From the NCBI GenBank assembly GCA_013265495.1, contig MU061578.1, positions 1,931,308 through 1,995,307 on the forward strand: a stretch of DNA of 64,000 nt. Direction: 5' to 3'. The translations under genes and the position numbers were made by a program. The notes beneath the pieces were generated by a model. That model was not told the DNA's origin, made no database searches, and was given only the letters and a program-made list of their open reading frames with translations. Of this stretch, positions 11,860-24,200 are shown one piece after another (position 1 is the first letter of the stretch; each line of letters begins with the position of its first letter). This stretch comes from Vicugna vicugna (Eukaryota).

Positions 11860-12370
11860 CCCAACAGTGCCACCTCTCCTGCCCCCATCACCTGGACCAG
11901 CTCAGCATCCTCTCCAGACATAGCCATTGCTATGGCAGCTTCCATCGTGTTTCCTGACTTCAGTCTCTCCTCACCCTGGTCCACACTCCACCAAGTACAG
12001 CCCATGACATGGTCCACTCCAAGCCCATCTCTCCACATCTCTGCTTTCAATGTGAAACTAGAGGCAAGCTCCAGTTCCGCTCCTGGATCTCACCGTCCTC
12101 TTCTCCCTCCCCATCCCCAACCACAATCATCTCCATTCTCAGCATCTCTTTGTGCAGTCCTCTCTTTAACCAAGCAAACATCTTCATAGACCCTCATGGG
12201 CAGTGTCTTCGTTCCTGTCTCCAGGCCTCTGCATGCAACAGCCCCTGCAGGCAGACTTCCTTCTAGATACCTCTTTGACAATTCATAGCCTCTCCTTCTT
12301 CAAACTCAGTCCAAATTCGCTCGTGTAGAAAAATCAGCCCCTAACATCACACTCTCACCCTGAGCCGTCA
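11860..12370 (+). mobile_element. L2 LINE fragment
   Basis: Pyrimidine-rich L2 3' region motifs (CCATCACCTGGACCAG, CTCTCCTCACCCTGGTCCACACTCCAC, CCTTCTTCAAACTCAGTCCAAAT). Confidence 0.6.
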
Positions 12371-13509
12371 CTCGATGTATTTTTTTGAAGAAACTAATCT
12401 CTAAATGAGTGGATTTTCAACCTACCGTGATGAACCGATAAACTATAAAAAGCATTTCACCAGCTCTGATGTGCAAGGCATTGCTCTGTCGTGTCTACAA
12501 GATCTCAGCCAAGATCTGTGCAAACAAAGACACGATCATGTCAGAACACATATTTTTCAAGTCCTCTGGGAGACTCTCCCCCTTCCATGGCAAGTAACAA
12601 ATACCCAAGGAAGACAGAGAAATAATAATGCCAGGGCAGTACCAGATCGACTTTAAGTCACAGCTGTTCAGCCCAGAAAGAAGATGTGGGTCTGCCTGTC
12701 CACGGCTCTGAGGAGGATAACGCACTCTGCCACGCTTCTCTGAAAGCCGCCTGTCTGCCCTATTCCACAGGACATCAAGGAGGGGTCTCCTCCTGCCCGC
12801 TGCTCTGAGATTCCCCAGCCAGGCCGTCATCATGCACTTCCAAAAGATTCAGTGATTTCTCTGAAATGACAATGCTTTAATAAAACACAGCAACAAGTCC
12901 ACAGTCTTTCTACACTTTTTATTTCTTATCAGAAAATAGATCTGAACAATTTCAACCCATCCATGTATGGGGGTGAGATACCATATCTGATGTACATAAT
13001 TACAAGGAATTTGTAAAATGTTCAGGGTAAACTGGCAATCAAGCCAACCTTCTCCCCGTTGCCTGTTTGCAAACACGATGCTATTCTGTCCTCAGAAACC
13101 AGGTTTGGGGGGAAAGAGGCAGGCTGGGGACAGGAGAGGGAGGCTCCGCTTTGAGTTCTGTGGTAGAATACTCCCGTGGCCTTAGCCTCTCAGAGCTTCT
13201 GTTTCCTCCTTGTTAAATGGACATAAAGCAGTTTATTGTCAGTAGTGAACGCCTTGTACAGGATGAGATCACCCAGAAGGTGGGCAGGAGGGAAGCCTCA
13301 CTGGAAAGAATTCAAGAGAGAATGGAAGGAGAAAACATGATAGCAAATATAGACACATTTTATTTCAGAGTTTTGTGCAAAGGAGATGAGAGAAACTGGG
13401 TGGCAGATGGAGGGGAAGTGGAGTCACAGGGGATTTTTTTTTAATGCTGCATATATTATGGCATGTGCACATGGTGATGGGTGCGATCTGGTTCTGTCTC
13501 AAGGTGTCA

Positions 13510-14580
13510 GATACCATCTATGTGATGGAAACTCCTAAATTTCTATCTCCACACCAGACTTATTCCTTGTCCTCCAGACTCAAAGAACCAACTGTCTCTG
13601 GGACGTACCTGCTTGGAAATCCAATATGCAACTCATGCTGAATATGTTCAAAAATGAACCCCCAATATCTCCCCTTCCTCCAACCCCTCCTGCAATTCAT
13701 CTTGGAAACAGCACTTCCATTTTTGAAATGCTTGGGCTAAAGTAACTAGAGTAACACATTGGTTCCTCTCTCTTTGGCCCAACCCAGCCAATTCATTACC
13801 AAAGTCTACTGTTTCTTCTTTGGAAATAGATCCAAACTCCAACGAATTCTCATACCTATATTGCTACCACCCTGGTCATCTCTCACCTGGATGGTTGCAA
13901 TGCTCTCTAACCCCCATGCTGGCCTCCCTGCTCACACCCTGTCCCACATCCATCCTCCACTCGATGGCCAGAGCATTACTTTTTAAATGTGCCTCATGCC
14001 ACACTATCCCTCTGCTGAACATCCTCGAATGACTTCCTGTCTTGTTCAAAGAAAAAGCCCAAATCCATCCCATGTCCTTCAAAGCCCTGCATCAGCTAAT
14101 TCTCTGGTGTCATCTAGTACCACGCCCTGTCTCCCATTCCCCCCACTTCAGCCACAGTGACCTCCTGGCTGTGAACATGACAAGCAATATCCAGCCAAGT
14201 GTCTCTGCACGTCAGTCTATCCACCTAAACTCTTCCTCACAACCTTCAGCTCTTTACTCAAATATCACATGGGAGAGATGCCGTCTCAGACTCGTAACCC
14301 CAAACAAAACAGCATCCTTCACTCAATCCATCATATCCTAGCCTCCTTACCTTGTTTTGTTTTTCTTCATGGCAATGACATCCTATGTCATTTCTTTTTA
14401 TGCATACGCCTGTGTGTGACCCCTACACCCCACCTCGATCTCCAGTAGAATGTAAGTTTCTTAAGAGAAATAATTTTGGTTTGGGTTTTTGCTTTGTTTT
14501 TTTTTCACGCTACGGTCTTTATTTTCTCAAAGACTGCCAGGTCTTTAGTAAGTGCTCAACAATATTTGTCAATGAATTAA
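13510..14580 (+). mobile_element. L2 LINE 3' portion
   Basis: Long L2-like stretch ending in the diagnostic 3' end TAGTAAGTGCTCAACAATATTTGTCAATGAAT. Confidence 0.85.
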
Positions 14581-14859
14581 TATATATATCTAATCTGACA
14601 TTTCTGGGTTTCCTTTCTTCCTCCCTCCCTCAATAATAAATTAGTGTAAACAAGCTTCAATAAAATATTGCATTACATGGTGAATAAAACAACATTAAGA
14701 GGTTTATTCAAATCTCCCAGGTGGCACGAAGGCTCTGCCCGAGCGGGGCAGGATCTAAGCCCTGACAGCTCTGGTGCCACAGTCAAAAGGGGCTCACCTG
14801 ATTTGGGGTGAAGGGCAAAGGCTATCTCCAGCAGCAGCGTTGGTAGGAGTGACGGTCTC

Positions 14860-16260
14860 AGTGGGGGAAACTGGAAAGAGCCAATGACTTTCCTGGCCTG
14901 AGGTTGTGGTCAGGGCATATTGTGGTTGTGAACATGATCATGGAAGACAGGAGAGGGTCCGAGCTATCCACATAGTCCTGAGTGATGCCCAAGGCAGTGA
15001 GCAGAAGAAGTGATGCCCGTGGCCCCAGCAGAATCTAAACACTTGGGAAGACCTGAAAATGGCCCAAACAGTGCATACACTTTCCTTGATCCACACAGAT
15101 CCCTCAACAGAAGACAAGAACCTTCCTACAGCCCTCGGAGGTCTTCAAGCACAGTCTTCATTCAGCTTTTGGCTGGACATTAGGCTACATGGACAGTGGA
15201 GAAAGCCATTGGAAACCAAGGTTAAAAACAGAAGAGCAGAACCACCACAAGAAGGAGTGGACAAAGACCTCCGTGGCCATCGACCCTCGGGGAACAGAGT
15301 TCACAGCTTTAGTCCAGGTGAGTTTATAAACAACAAGAATCAGAATCCAGAGTTGCTATAATGTGATCTAAGGATCTACATTTCAACAAAAACGCATGAG
15401 ATAGGCAAAAAAAAAAAAAAAAACAAGAATTGTGACCAATACTCAGGGAAAAAAGCAGCCAACAGATACCATCTGTCACCAGAAGTTGAACTGTTGGATT
15501 TAGCAGGCAGAGACTTTAAAACATTATGATAAGTCTGTTCAAAGAAATCAAAGGGAAAAAAAGTTAAGAATCAAAATACGCAAATGAGAAATCCAAAAGA
15601 AAATCTGAACAGGGAATAAAATTAAAGGGACATTGGAATACTATGGACAAGTATGCTCAAAAAAATTGAGATAACCTAGATAAAATAGAAAAATTCCTAG
15701 AAGGATATAAACTACAAAAACTAAGGAACAGAACATCTGAATAGACCTATACCAAGTAAAGAAATGGAATTAATGAGCAATAAACTTCCTGCAAAGAAAA
15801 ACTGAGGTCCAGATGGCACCACTGGTGGATTTCACTGAAATTTTACAGAATTAACATCAACACTTCTAAATTTCTTCTGAAAGAATAGAAGAGGAGGTGA
15901 TATATCCCACTATATCACTTAGTGAGGTCAGTCTTACCCTGACATCAAAACCAGACAGAGATATCACAAGAAGAGAATATTAAGGCCCAACATCCATTGT
16001 AAATACAGATGCAAAAACTCTCAAGAAGATACTAGCAAACCAAATCGAACAACATAAGAAAGAGTTTTCCGCCATGATGCATGAAAATCTGTCAATGCAG
16101 TATGTGACAACGATGGACTAAAACACAGAACTACACGATCATCTCCACAGATGTGGAAAAGAATCTGACAAAACCCAAGATCCTTTCATGATGAGAAGAA
16201 CTCAACAATCTAAGACAAGAGGGGAACTATCACCCCTTTAGAAAGCGCATCTACAAATAA
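14860..16260 (+). mobile_element. Old L1 (L1M-type): 5'/ORF1 and ORF2 remnants
   Basis: L1M ORF1-like AGAATCAGAATCCAGAGTTGCT...GGATTTAGCAGGCAGAGACTTTAAA, then ORF2-like GATAACCTAGATAAAATAGAAAAATTCCTAGAA...GATGCAAAAACTCTCAAGAAGATACTAGCAAACCAAATC, with stops and frameshifts. Confidence 0.8.
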
Positions 16261-16284
16261 GCTACATCTTCGGTCACACAAAGT

Positions 16285-16405
16285 GGGAAACCCATCTCGG
16301 CAGCTCCCAAACTGCTGACCCACAGAAACTATGAATGATAGTAGGTCGTTCCCTTTCGACACATTAAGTTTCGGGTTAATTTGGTTTACAGCAATAGATA
16401 GCTAA
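16285..16405 (+). mobile_element. MLT1 (MaLR) LTR 3' fragment
   Basis: GCTGACCCACAGAAACTATGA...TAAGTTTCGGGTTAATTTGGTTTACAGCAATAGATAGCTAA matches the MLT1 LTR terminus. Confidence 0.75.
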
Positions 16406-16743
16406 AAATAATGACAATAAAAGCAACAATAATAATACAAGACAGCAGGGGAAGAGGGGGAGAAGACGTAACTGCAGCAGTAATAATAACAGCTATTGTT
16501 GTCATACCAACTGTGCGATGGACACCGTACTGACTATGCAGCAGACCACAGCCTCTAAGCCAGCAGGGCTGAGTCAGGGCCCCAGACTGTGAGATGGAGG
16601 TGATGGATGCTGGAGTTCAGCCCCTAAAAGATGGCCCATATACAAGGCATCTGAGGGTCTCAACACAGGGTCAGGTCCCCAGCACCTAGATTCCTCCCAA
16701 GGTCACAAGGTAGAACAAAGCCAACCTGCAAACTCAAATGGCC

Positions 16744-16757
16744 CCAGCAGGGGGCAC
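16744..16757 (+). promoter_or_regulatory. CTCF core motif
   Basis: CCAGCAGGGGGCAC, exact match to CCASNAGRKGGCRS. Confidence 0.5.
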
Positions 16758-19129
16758 AGATGACACGGGAGAGGGGACTGGATCCAGCTTCCCAGAAGGT
16801 GAAGTGGAAGGGCCACCAAAGGCAACACCTGCTCTCAGGAAAATGCCTTTATCATAATCACAGAGCCTGGGAACCCGAGTCTGGAACAGTTCAAGGAGCG
16901 AACAGTCCCCAGGTAGTCCCCACTCCTCATCTAAGACATCCGAGAGTCGCCCAGCCGTTGCTTTCACGGCACCTGGTTGTACCTGGGTTCTCTGTCCACG
17001 TCCACCCCCTGGAGTAAGACACCCACTCTTCCGGGGCCATTCTCACTCACACATCATCACGTCTCACCCAAGCCCAACCCACGACAACGTCCAGGCGGCT
17101 TCTTGGGGCAGCACACCGGTATTTCTTCAGTCCTTCCCAACATAGGCAGTAAATGTCTCAAGTGAGATATTTCAGCCCCTAATTTGCTGTGGATTTTGTC
17201 CTGTTTATGAGAAGGGGTTCAGCCATGAGAACTGAGGGTCCCTCAGGACAGGAAATGCCAATCTGCATCTACTTTACCTTCATTCGCAAATGAAAACAGA
17301 CAAGGCACTGCTAAAGAGCTCAATTAAGCTTAGATCTGAGAGTTAGGTAAGTAAACGCAGGTATGTTACTCCGGCCATGATAATTAACAACAGGACATAA
17401 ATAAAAGTCTTAAAGGACTACATGAGAAGGGAGACTGGTTACCTTCAGGATCTTCCTGATTCAAAGATTCTAGAGTCAATGAAAATCTTGTGGTCAATAA
17501 AAGGGTACCTGAAATAAACACATTCCCTCTTTCCCATTGCTTTTAAAAGATGCTTCCATTTGCAGTAATCCATCAATGATGGGAGTTCTAAACAGATTTG
17601 GAAAATACTTAATAAATATCAAATTTCCTGAATCCATAGATGTTGGGAGCAAATGGTAAACAAGGAAAAGTGACCTCTGTAAATGTGGGCAAGGTCACAG
17701 GCCGGTGTCCCGATTGCCATGACCATAACCAAAACCAAATATTCTTAATACTCTTATTTCTGTTGATTGGGAAGCAATTATCCCATTAAAGGGGAAAAAC
17801 AAGATCCTAAAAGATTACAGTCTCAAAACAAAGTCAATTTAAAGTTACAAATTTTAAAATCATAAAGCATCCAAAGTGTTAAATAGCTCCATCTTCAGGG
17901 TAAATGTGAAAAAGCTCCATTTTTTTCTTTTTTTGAGTCCTGGAAATGTAGGAGCTATTTCAAGTCCTTCCTGAATTAGATGGATGTAGCTGTGGTCTCC
18001 AATCCCCACGGCTCTCGCAATTGGAGCTGCACAATTAATTCTGCCTGTGAGCAGGGTCCACGATGAGTTTGAAAGTGTCCTTAACCGATTATGTGCTTGG
18101 GTGTGCTTGTTCGTAATTCAAACTCTCACGATACTTGAAATGCCAGGGAGTTAAGTAGTGCTTTCCTTCCAAGGGCATCTGTCAAGTTCGTTTCCAGATG
18201 TTCTCTCAGGCACCTGTGCATCTTACGGGGATGATAGTGAGGGGAACAGGTCTTGCTCTCCTCCCTGCCTAGGAGGAGAAACAGGCTCGGAGTCTACTTC
18301 CCTGTGTTATCTCAGAAGACTCTGCTGTTGAACTTGAACCCAATATGCATTTGTTGTGCAACAATATGAAAATGACTGAGCGCTTCTATTCATATGATAT
18401 TAGAAGCAGATAAAACCATACAGACCGCCCCTTCTGTCCCCCAAATCACAAACCAATAGACAGCCCAATATGAAAGACCATCAACTGAAGTTAGAACTGG
18501 GACTTCCAAAAGTAAACTGCTAATGGTCGCAGACCACAGTGCGAGGAGGAAGTAGGGTGGAGGGCAAAAGCAGGAGGAACAAAGACAGGACAGAAAAATA
18601 GAGAGCTATTTTGTTTCAGAGTATATGAGTGGAATAGTGGGCACGGGCAGGGAACACAGCTGATTTTAAAGAAAACAAGAAATGAGATTTGGACATCGAC
18701 TTCTGTAATTAAGAAGGGGAATCAACACTTGGTAAAACGACTAGAGTAAGTCATCCAAAATGTGGCTCAGTTCTTTATCATGGCGCTCTGGTCATTGTCA
18801 GTCACTAAAATAATCCAGTGGGTGCAGACAGGAGGTGACAGAACTCCCCTTGGAACAGTGACCGTCATCTACTCAATTCAGACAGCTGGTTGCCTGTTCT
18901 CATGGAGACCACAGCCTAAAGGAACGCTTGTTGGGGGCAGATTAGGCTGAAAAAGCGAGCTGTCCCCAGGTCAGGACATGTGTACCCAACAGACATATAA
19001 CACTGTTCACTGTTGATCCGGTTTTAGCATGTGACCAGTGCAATATCTCAACAGATTAAAAAAAGAAAGAAAACAACCTAAGACTCTCTGTCACCAAATA
19101 ACAACATTAATAGCAATTACAATAATTGT

Positions 19130-19365
19130 TACTGTAGCTAACGTTTGTGGAGCTCTTACCATGTGTGAGAAACTGGGCTTCCAGTTCACTAACACATCAT
19201 TTCATCCTCACAAAGACTCCCCGAGGTTCCGCACCATTATTGCCCCCTCGACAAACGGGGAAACGGAGGCCCAGAGAATTTAACTAAATGACTAAGAGTC
19301 ACATGGTTGAGTTGGAGCCGGGATGGAGAACCAGGCCCTCTGACTCCAGAAATGAGCCCTTTTAA
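19130..19365 (-). mobile_element. MIR SINE
   Basis: ACAAACGGGGAAACGGAGGCCCAGAGAATTTAACTAAATGACTAAGAGTCACATGG. Confidence 0.8.
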
Positions 19366-19389
19366 CGAAACCAGTGGTTTCCCACGAAC

Positions 19390-19812
19390 CAGTGGGTTTC
19401 CACACTGGCTCTCGTTAGACTCACTTGGGAAGCTTGTGAAAAATCCACCAGGGACCCATCTCCAACCCTGTTCAGTCAGAATTTCTCGGGGTGCAGTGCA
19501 AACAGCAGTTTTCTCTTCTGAACCGTCCTTTGTAAATTCCAGTGCGCAGTCAAGGCTGAGAGCCTCTGCCGAAGGCTGTCCTCTCCCCCAGTCACGTAAC
19601 TGAACACTCCTGATGGTCTCCATCTATGTCCTCTTCCTGTCACCAAGAGACTGCTTCGGAAGCCCTGTGACTCAATGTACCACCCACAGACCAGCAGCAG
19701 CCCCAGGGAACGAGGCAGAAATGCAGACTCTCAGGCTCCATCCCCATCTACTGAATCAGAACCCGTATTTAAATCAGATCCCCACACACGCATTAAACGT
19801 GAGCACTACCCT
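19390..19812. mobile_element. Two MER5-family (hAT-Charlie) fragments
   Basis: CAGTGGGTTTCCACACTGGC...AGGCTGAGAGCCTCTG (19390-19568) and AGAAATGCAGACTCTCAGGCTCCATCCCCATCTACTGAATCAGAA (19660-19812). Confidence 0.8.
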
Positions 19813-20319
19813 ACAGAATGCTAAGAGAAAACACTCGTTTTTAGAGCTATTATTGGTGCTATGAACACCAAATGCACAGCAATAAAAGCCACCTTCACCA
19901 CCCAGCCTCCCACCCCCGCCCTCGCCACCAAACACAACCAGCCAACCGGACGAAAACCAAACCACCATGGGTTCTGTGGTCAAAAACGCTGGGGACAAGC
20001 TGGATTCAACAAAGCCAAATTACTTCCTCTACTCCAAGCTCCAGCAGAACCTGTAATGTTAAAATACTAATGTGCATCATAAATCTCCACGAGGAGAAGT
20101 TTCCCAAATATTTATGACCGTGGTACCCCGTAACTCAGAACTCCTATTAACATCTTTTGCAGACGATGTGTTCCCAGGGACACATTATGGGAAATATTTA
20201 TTCAGAAGAGATGATCTTTTTTCCTACCTCCATGGCTACCCTGAACACCCTTTTCAGTTCGGTGCTGGCTGTTTGCTTTTTAGTATGAATATTCGTGGCA
20301 GTCATGGAATCCCAGCAAA

Positions 20320-20550
20320 CGTTTATCAAGCTTTTCCTATGTATATCAGGCATAGTTCTAAGTGCTTGCGCTGTGTTGACTCATTTTGTCTTTGTAAGCA
20401 CTCTGGTAGACATGTATGGCGTGTATCTCCACTTCACGGTGAAAGAAAAGAAGAACAGATCAGTGAAGTCGCTTGCCCAAGGTCACACAGCTACTACATC
20501 GCGGGGTGCAAGATTTTAACGCTGGTCGTCTGGCTCCAGAGCGTTCCTTT
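20320..20550 (-). mobile_element. MIR SINE
   Basis: GTGAAGTCGCTTGCCCAAGGTCACACAGCTA...GTCTGGCTCCAGAGC. Confidence 0.8.
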
Positions 20551-21109
20551 TCATCTCTATAGACAATCGGAAAAGGGATCCGTTACCTCCCAGTTACTAC
20601 TCTCAAAGGCATCTTTAGACTGGCCACCAGAGTTGCTGAGCTTAGCCCATGAATCTGAACTTTTAACCAAAAGGATGCAAAAAGAGCATCAGACCTTAGG
20701 CTAACACACTCCAGTGCTCTCATCCACCAAGAGCCCTCGGCGGTGACCTCCCAAATCATTTCTCGAAGGGAATGAGGTGTCAGAGCAGACCTCCCACGCT
20801 GGTGTCCCTGTGGTGGACACCCTAAGTTTTGATTCTGAACACATGACACACTTTGTTTTCTGATAGGGTAAACCAGTGGGGACTATGAGGTGTGACCTCT
20901 CATCCCCTCCACCTCTCAGTCTAAAACAACACATTAGCAAGTCCAAGGAATCAAGGGAAAGCGCCAAGAAGATGGGGCCAACTCATGGATGTTCAATCTA
21001 AGCCAAGAATATCCCAGGTTGTTCCCCAACTTGATGGACTAGTGACTAAGAAAAAAAATCACAGGGCCTTGAGAGCTCACTGCGGCCGAGTTGAGAATTT
21101 GTATATTTT

Positions 21110-21505
21110 ATTTGATTTTTTATTTTATTGAAGTATAGTTAACTTACAATGTGGTGTTAGTTTCTGCTGTACAGCAAACTATATATACGTATACTCTTTT
21201 TCATAGTCTTTTTAATTATAGATTATTATAAGATATTGAATATGGTTCCCTGTGCTATGCAGTAGAACCTTGTTGTCTACCTATTTTGTATATAGTAGTT
21301 TGTATCTGCTAATCCCAAACTCCCAATTTATCCCTCCCCCCTTTCCCCTTTGGTGACCATAAGTTTGTTTTTTGTCTATGAGTCTGTTTCTGTTTTCTAA
21401 ATAAGTTCACTTGTGTCCTATTTTTAGATCCCACATGTAAGTGATATCATATGGTGTTTGTCTTTCTCTACTTGGCAGGTCCATCCACGTTGCTGCAAAT
21501 GGCAT
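21110..21505 (-). mobile_element. 5'-truncated L1 3' end (cetartiodactyl type)
   Basis: Begins TTTTATTGAAGTATAGTTAACTTACAAT (reverse of the L1 3' terminus). Degenerate TSD AATTTGTATATTTT / AATTTGCATTATTTT. Confidence 0.9.
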
Positions 21506-22018
21506 TAAAATTTGCATTATTTTTAAAGCTCCCCTAGGTTTGGGGCTCACTGTGAATCACTCACAGTGGAAGGTTAATGACTCAAGAAGGAGCAGAGCTT
21601 TCCTCAGGCATATAATTAGTCAAAAGCAGACTCTGATGTGAAGGCTAGCGAGGGTCTGCACTGTGCAACTGAAACAGCTCTGCCCCTTTCTTTCATAGCA
21701 GGAGTGCTAGACCCGGGTAACCAAGAAGTAAACATCCGGAAAGAATACCCACCTGTGAGCCGGGAAAGAGAGCTATTGGGTTTTTTGTTGCTGTTGTTTG
21801 TGGTACTGTTTTTGTTGTTGTTTTAATTTTCCCTTGAGTGTTGGGAGTGTGCCTTTAAAAAATGCACAGCATAAACCAAGACCTCATCCATGTGCTTGCT
21901 GGCTATCCTGCTATGCACTTTAAAGACATTTGGTCTTTAAATGCTCACAATTCATTCCTTTGACAAATATTTGAGAGTTTACTTTGTTTCAGGCACTATT
22001 CTGGGTGCTGGTAGTCAT

Positions 22019-22517
22019 GGCAGGCAGAATAAATGAGCCCCTCCCCAACATCCACGTTCTAATCCCTGGAATCAGTGAGCACGTTATGTTACTTATTCAA
22101 AAGCGACTCTGCAGCCGTGGTTACGTTAAGGACCTTGAGATAGGATGCTAATCCTGGATGGTCCAGGTAGATGCAACGTTATCACATGGGGAGTGGACAA
22201 CCTTTCCCGGCTGGGGTCACAGGGAGCCGAGACTAGTGAGGGAAGGCACCAAAAGTGCTATGTCCTTGGCTTTGAAGATGGAGGAAGCGGTCACGAGCCA
22301 AAGAAGATGGGTGGTGTCTCCAGGACTCGGAAAAGGCAAGAAAGGATTCTCCCCTAGAGCCTGCAGGGCAGAAGCCAGCCCTGTGGACCCCCTGGTGTTG
22401 GCTCCATGAGACCCACATTGGACTTCTGATCTACAGAACTGTGGGAGAACGAACGTATGTTGTTTGAGTCACCCAGTCTGCAGCCATTTGTTCCAGCAGC
22501 GATGAAAAACAAATACA
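22019..22517 (+). mobile_element. MLT1D-like MaLR solo LTR
   Basis: TGGCAGGCAGAATAA...CCACGTTCTAATCCCTGGAA...GGCTTTGAAGATGGAGGAAG...GGATTCTCCCCTAGAGCCT...CAGCAGCGATGAAAAACAAATACA. Confidence 0.85.
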
Positions 22518-22562
22518 ACACAGTTTTTTTTTTTGGCTTTTGAAAAATATTCAAGCTTAGTC

Positions 22563-22960
22563 AGTGAAGTAAGTCAGACAGAGAAAGACAAATACATGAT
22601 ATCACTTATATGTGGAATCTAAAAAAAAATGACATAAATGAACTTATTTACAAAACAGAAACAGACTCAAAGACATAGAAAACAAGCTTATGGTTACCAA
22701 AGGGGGAAGTGGCAGTGGGGAGGGATAAATTAGTTTAGGATTAGCAGATACAAACTACCATATACAGAACAGACAAACAACAAGGGTGTGCTGTATAGTA
22801 CAGGGGACATATTCAATACCTTGTAATAAACCACAATGGAAAAGAATATGAAAAAGAATATATATGAATAACTGAATCACTATGCTGTACACCACAAACT
22901 AACACAACACTGTAAGTCAACTATACTTCAATTAAAATTCTTGTAACTTAAAAAATAAAA
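22563..22960 (+). mobile_element. 5'-truncated L1 3' end
   Basis: AGTGAAGTAAGTCAGACAGAGAAAGACAAATAC...CAACTATACTTCAATTAAAA plus A tail. Degenerate TSD AAAAATATTCAAGCTTA / AAAAAAATTCAAGTTTA. Confidence 0.9.
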
Positions 22961-23077
22961 AAAATTCAAGTTTAATAATTTATGCTTTACCATTAAGTCA
23001 TACATCTCTCCTTTTCTTTAAAAGGTGTTCATCGAACAGACCTGAGTATGCTAGTCCGGAGCTGACCCCGCGCTCAG

Positions 23078-23310
23078 GGACCTCGAGATTGTTATACTAA
23101 GTGAAGTAAGTCAGACAGAGAAAGACAAATATCATGTGATATCACTTACATGTGGAATCTAAAATATGATGTAAATGATACAAATGACCGTATTTACAAA
23201 ACAGAACAGACCCATAGGCATAGAAAACAAATTTATGGTTGCCAAAGGGGAAGTGGGGGAGGGATAAATTAGGAGTTTGGGGTTAGCAGATAAAAAACAA
23301 ACAAACAAGG
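23078..23310 (+). mobile_element. L1 3' region fragment
   Basis: GGACCTCGAGATTGTTATACTAAGTGAAGTAAGTCAGACAGAGAAAGAC...GGGATAAATTAGGAGTTTGGGGTTAGCAGAT. Confidence 0.85.
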
Positions 23311-23799
23311 ACAACAACAGAAAAACCCTGCTGTCCTGCAGCTAACGTTCCAGTGAAGAACCCTACAGATATTATCATTCTGAGTTTAAAGAGCAGCAAA
23401 CAGGGTCAGGAGAGCGAAACAACTTGGCTACATTCATATAGTTAATACCCTAAAGAGACTTGAACTCAGAAGTCCAATCCTAAAGGCTGCACTGAGGCTG
23501 TTATTCCAAGTTGTGCATCACACGTGGCGTACAGGGGCCTCCCGAATCAAGTAGATGAAGCTGGGTGCTGTCCCCAGAACCTGTTGGTGTTCTGGTGGTC
23601 AGGGAAGATGGGAAATTGCGGTCTGCGCTTCCGACACGAGAATTTGTGCTCACGTGCATGGAACGGCCGGCAGGTGGGAGGTGGAGCAGAGGCTGGACCT
23701 CAGAACTCACCTTCCTCTTTGTTTCCTTCACTCATTCCTGCTTCTCCTTCATTTCTACTGAAGCAGATGGGAGGAGGTGAGGACACTACATCTCTCTCT

Positions 23800-24200
23800 T
23801 ATCCCAGGGTCACTCTCCCTGCACTTGGCGACAAGGGTCCTCATAGCTCACAGACTCCAAAGCATCAGCTGCCGGGTTTTGTTTTCACATTGCTTTATCC
23901 ACATCACAGTGGGACACTCTTTCCCAACAGTAAAGATGCCGAATTACCTACTCCCTCTGGTTCTCAGATGTTTTTACCTTTCATCCTCAGATGCAGGCCA
24001 CTTCTCTGCTCTTCCCAAAGTTGGATCTCTTTTCCAGAATTTCTGCAAACCACTGAATCTCTAGACCAGGCTGAGATCTAAAATCCAGGCAACCTTTCAC
24101 CCTTGCTCCTGAGCTGCAAGCATTGTGCTGTACGTTTTATGGCTAGACATCTCTCAAAGCACCTCAAGTTTATCTGCAGGGCAAACAAGTCAGTTAACAA
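23800..24200 (+). mobile_element. L2 LINE fragment
   Basis: L2-like CTCCTGAGCTGCAAG...TGGCTAGACATCTCTCAAAGCACCTCAAGTT. Confidence 0.5.

Noticed and set aside
20072..20704. 210-aa ORF
   Set aside because: Runs through a MIR element; no known similarity.
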